Under the pieces are notes generated by a model that worked only from the letters and a program-made list of their open reading frames with translations, made no database searches and had not been told where the DNA came from. From Tubulanus polymorphus (lineage: Eukaryota; Animalia; Nemertea), in the NCBI RefSeq assembly GCF_964204645.1, contig NC_134035.1, positions 8,774,451-8,838,450 of the forward strand: a DNA stretch of 64,000 bases, read 5' to 3'. The position numbers and the translations under genes were made by a program. Positions 59,941-64,000 of this stretch are shown here, piece by piece (position 1 is the stretch's first letter; each line of letters begins with the position of its first letter).

Positions 59941-60465
59941 TATCTCTCCTCTCTCCCTCCTCTCCCTATCTCTCTCCTCCCTCTCACTCCTCTCTCCCTC
60001 CCTCCATCTATCAATATCTCCTCTCACTTCCTCTCCCTCCCTGCCTATCTCTCTCCTCCCTCTGTCACTCTTCTCTCCTATTCCTCTCTGCTCTCCTCTC
60101 CCTCCATCTCTCCCTATCTCTTTCCCCTCCCCTCTCCTCCCTATCTCCCTCTATCTCTTTCCCTATCTCTCTCTTCTTTCACTCCTCTCCCCTCTCCTCC
60201 CTATCTCCCTCCATCTCTCTTTCCCTATCTCTCTCTTCTTTCACTTCCCCTCTCCTCCCTATCCCCCTCCATCTCTCTTTCCCTATCTCTCTCTTCTTTC
60301 ACTTCCCCCCTCCTCCCTATCTCCCTCCATCTCTTTCCCTATCCCTTCTTTCACTCCCCTCCCCTTTCCTCCCTATCTCCGTCCATCTCTCTCTCTTTCT
60401 CTATCTCTCTCTTTCACTCCTCTCCCCTCTCCTCCCTATCTCCTCTCCTTCCTCTCTCCTTTCCT
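59941..60465. repeat. CT-rich polypyrimidine tract
   Basis: About 520 bp of CTCTCC/CCCTAT repeats. Confidence 0.95.
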
Positions 60466-63424
60466 CGCGCTATATTTACCATTCGTCAAACACTAATTTC
60501 ACGTTCACTATTTGCTTCGTTCGGTCTCCATTACTGACTGTAGTGAAGGAGTTGCGCCAGCACTGTAAGAAAGCGGATGCCTGATGTCAAACTGGCTGAT
60601 GCGTCGGTTTGTTAGCTAGGTAAACATGGGTTTGATCTACGGTACCGACTGCACGTCGATCCCGGTTCGTTCGTCTTAGGCTTTTAATCGCTATTCTCGA
60701 TCTATCCCCTATCTTACGGTAATCAATAGTTTTAATTAGATGAGTCACTTTGTTTTTGATTTATTCGCCGTTTTACCGCGCCGATGTTTAAATGGAAAAG
60801 ATTTCGATGATTAAATTTCGCGTAGCAGATTTAAAGTTGAAGGCAGGCTGGCTGACAGCGCCGCGGCCGATGGATTATTTAAATCGTGCTGCTCAATCAG
60901 TTTTTACTCGCTGTATTCCACCAACGACGCACACATCGATGGCACACGTCGATGTCTCCTGTTTAATTCAATGAATTTGGTGAATCTCAACCAGACGACA
61001 GCCCTCGCGTGGTTATCTCATTAAAATTGATCGAGCCACACTTTAGAAAAAAAGTTTCTATCTATCGAGTGGTTGGTTATGAATATAGATGTCTTGCACT
61101 CATGTCTCATTCATTTACGTAATTTGTATGTCAATTACCTTTCACTAATTACCGCTTCGTGCCCGCTATGGATGCTGTGAGTGAAGTTTATTTAGACACA
61201 AAAGTACAGAGGAGAATACATATACACACAAATATAAATCAGTCATTAATGTACAGAAATGTGTCAAGGATTCATCCCAAGCCAAACAAGGCTGTACTCA
61301 GAAAGGGGATGAACCCTGAAAACTAATAATGAAAAAAGAAAAATTATATAGATTATGATGTATACATAATTTTGATAAATCAGATCCTTGCAATAAGGAT
61401 AATAGAAATAATGTGACATCACATTTAAGACCTCTTTCCCTACCAGTCACTGAAAGAACTTGATTCTCATCCTGCAGGTGAGCGACTCAATCTTAGACAA
61501 CTGATTTATTAGTTCATATTCTCCACAGCAACATCGAAGCTGAGTATCAACTTAAAACTCTATAAATGCCGTAAAATTTGACTAGTCGTATCGGACTTAG
61601 TGAGAATACCCTAGAATCACATACATTGGCACTGCCAACATATTCTTTACAGCCGGTACTTGACATCCTATATGTACTGCGACCTCATACATGATACCTT
61701 TACTTGACCAGTCTCAGTGAGACCTACGAGCAATTGCTCGTATGGTGAGACTAGATACACGGAGATGCCATTCTCTGGCAGGCTGGCAATCTAGTCCTCA
61801 GGCAACTCGGTTCGTTTCCCTAATGCCTCGCCACCAATGCTATATCACATTTGGCCTTCAACTTCCGACCTTGTAGATGCCAATGTAAAAGATGGATATA
61901 TCGCGCTGATAACGCCATTACGTGCCGCGTTAGATTGTAGTATGTTTTACTTCTCGCTTGTTCTGACATATCGGGAAACTTCCAATCATGGACGTTTTCG
62001 ACGTTGGTGAAACCGCAGCGACTACTAGAGCGACCACTAGACTGATGCATAAGAAACTCAACACTAGCTAATGGGGAATAATTGCATACAAATTAACCGA
62101 AAACCCTCTCGCCGAGCTATTTAATCAACGCGTCTATATTTCCGATGGGGATTAAAAGGTGAACATGCGACGTATTATCGCTGTGAAATATGCTGATTTG
62201 TTTTTCGCGAATGCGGTACGCAATTGCGGATTGGCCAGGTATTTGGTTTACATCGTTCTCTCGGAAGTTCTGCGATGGTGAGACCCGACCAATAGCGACA
62301 GATATCGTCCCAGACTCAGTCGGTTTTAACCAAGTCAAACCGTCGTTCCTTCTTCATCATCATTTTATAGGCTGGTGGCACCACCGACCTGGAAAACCCG
62401 AGGAGTCAGAAAGGTCTAGGGAAAAAATCCGGGAAAACTCTCGGTCCAGTTTCACAAAAAGGTTTAACTCTTAAATCGGTTTAACTTCTTCGTGAATTCA
62501 GTTTATCTTAAATCGATTTAGGCCTTAATCATTTTTGTGAAACTGGGCCCTGGCGAGTTTGTAAGAGTGGTATTTTCTTTGACCCGTGGGCCAACTCCAT
62601 TCGTTTGCAATTGAGTTAATCCGAAGGTTAAAGTTAATACCAGTCGATAAAACCAGCTCCAGGGAATTTGGATAATGTTATTGACCACATGTTTCTTCAT
62701 CAGTGTGGGATTCAATGAAAAATGAATCAATTGTAACATTTAAAACCTAGAAATTTCTCTGATTCACTCGGGGATTTGGTAAACTCAGGGACTTGTAAAT
62801 AGGTGGAAAGTAGCCACTCCCTATATTCTTCAGTTATATAATGGCTCTGTCGGCGATATTGGATCGACGGTTACCATCCCAGTCGACAGTCGCTCTTTTA
62901 ATCTACCTGGAATCAACCCGCAGCTCCGCCGCGTACTTACGTAGTGGCTACTAATTTTCTCCGATGAGTCCTCAGGCGATTAATAGCCTGTCGAAACACT
63001 CGACACGAATTTCAGCTTGTAATCAACGTTTATACGACCGGGCGACCGACCGAGCTCGGCGATCGCGGATTACTGCCGAACGACGGCCGTTTTATAGATG
63101 AAAGGTATAAATAATGGTTATTCATCGACGCGTTGATTGCGGTTATCTTGAGAAGATTGCCGGCGATTCGTCGATAATGCATCGTCCGTTGAGTCGGAAG
63201 GGTCTTCGCGAAGATGAAGATAGAAGCGCGGAAATCTTTGCGAAACGGTCTCGAAATCCTTTGAAATATGAAAGCAAAATCAGCGAGAGTTAATGTGCAC
63301 GTGATTACAGGCCACGCTGAATTATACGGCTTATAGCGGGACAATGATACTCACATTTCACCAAAGAGAGGGTGAAAAAACTGCTAGCGAAAAACTAAAC
63401 TATCGCTAAAACTAATGCTATTAA

Positions 63425-63798
63425 CCCTTTGACTAGTCAATTTCCAAAAGTGCTGGGACGGTTTTATAGTCTGGTATTACCTTTAACACAGCCCCAGGGT
63501 TAAAGGTAATACGATTCTGTAAAACCAGCCCCTGGAGATGATTTGAAAATTCTAAAATTCCACCTCAGTGCATTAAATAACAGGCATACCAATATATCGC
63601 ATCTACACCGCAGCGCGGTGTATCATTAGTTACTAATATTATAAATATAGTTACTAATAACTTTTTTCGACAGTTGCTGCTATCTTTCAGTAGGGATAAA
63701 AACTAATTACTGATGACATCAATACACTGTAGTGTGGTGTACTAGCTAAGTCCATCACCAAATTAATACACCGCACTGAGAAGTAGACATTGAAAAGG
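63425..63798. mobile_element. piggyBac-type MITE with a nested Harbinger-type MITE (63456-63531)
   Basis: TTAA flanks; the host motif GTGCTGGAGAT (intact at about 42828 and 30664) is split with CTG duplicated. Confidence 0.75.
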
Positions 63799-64000
63799 TT
63801 AAAAAGTGCTCTTGTAAGCTATGCTAGCACTACCAAATTTCAATTAAACTCATTTAATGTTTCAAAGAGATCAAAAAGTACTAACTCGGCATACATTGTT
63901 CTACAATGAATACGGCTGCTTATCGACCCTCAAAGAGAGAGAAAGAGAGAGAAAGAAAGAAAGAAAGAAAGACTGCTATATTGAGAATTAATCTGCCTGA

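Overview
This window is from an intron-rich, AT-rich animal genome, probably a bilaterian invertebrate (I cannot name the species), so most entries in the six-frame ORF track are exon fragments or spurious. Splicing by hand at GT-AG junctions gives three head-to-head gene pairs. These are FoxN1/4 (-, first coding exon only) with RPSA (+, 309 aa, 5'TOP start), LRRC56 (-, about 650 aa) with Caprin (+, about 642 aa), and DHDH (-, 331 aa) with a CD9/CD81-like tetraspanin (+). An intron-containing tRNA-Tyr(GTA) sits between LRRC56 and Caprin. The tetraspanin's two large introns fill the last about 29 kb. Introns are packed with small non-autonomous elements. The most notable are: (1) a family of fold-back elements carrying Penelope-type minimal hammerhead ribozyme motifs, two with TSDs and one inside the probable Caprin 3'UTR; (2) tiny LTR-like units containing tRNA-like Pol III A/B boxes, in tandem and inverted arrays with PBS-like sequence; (3) Harbinger-type MITEs with CWG target duplications; (4) an unclassified element with TTCAC ends and 8-9 bp TSDs; (5) piggyBac- and pogo/Tc1-type MITEs; and (6) a 27-bp minisatellite forming a 454-codon open frame in phase with tetraspanin exon 1. 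All identifications come from reading the sequence and recalled family motifs. No searches were run.
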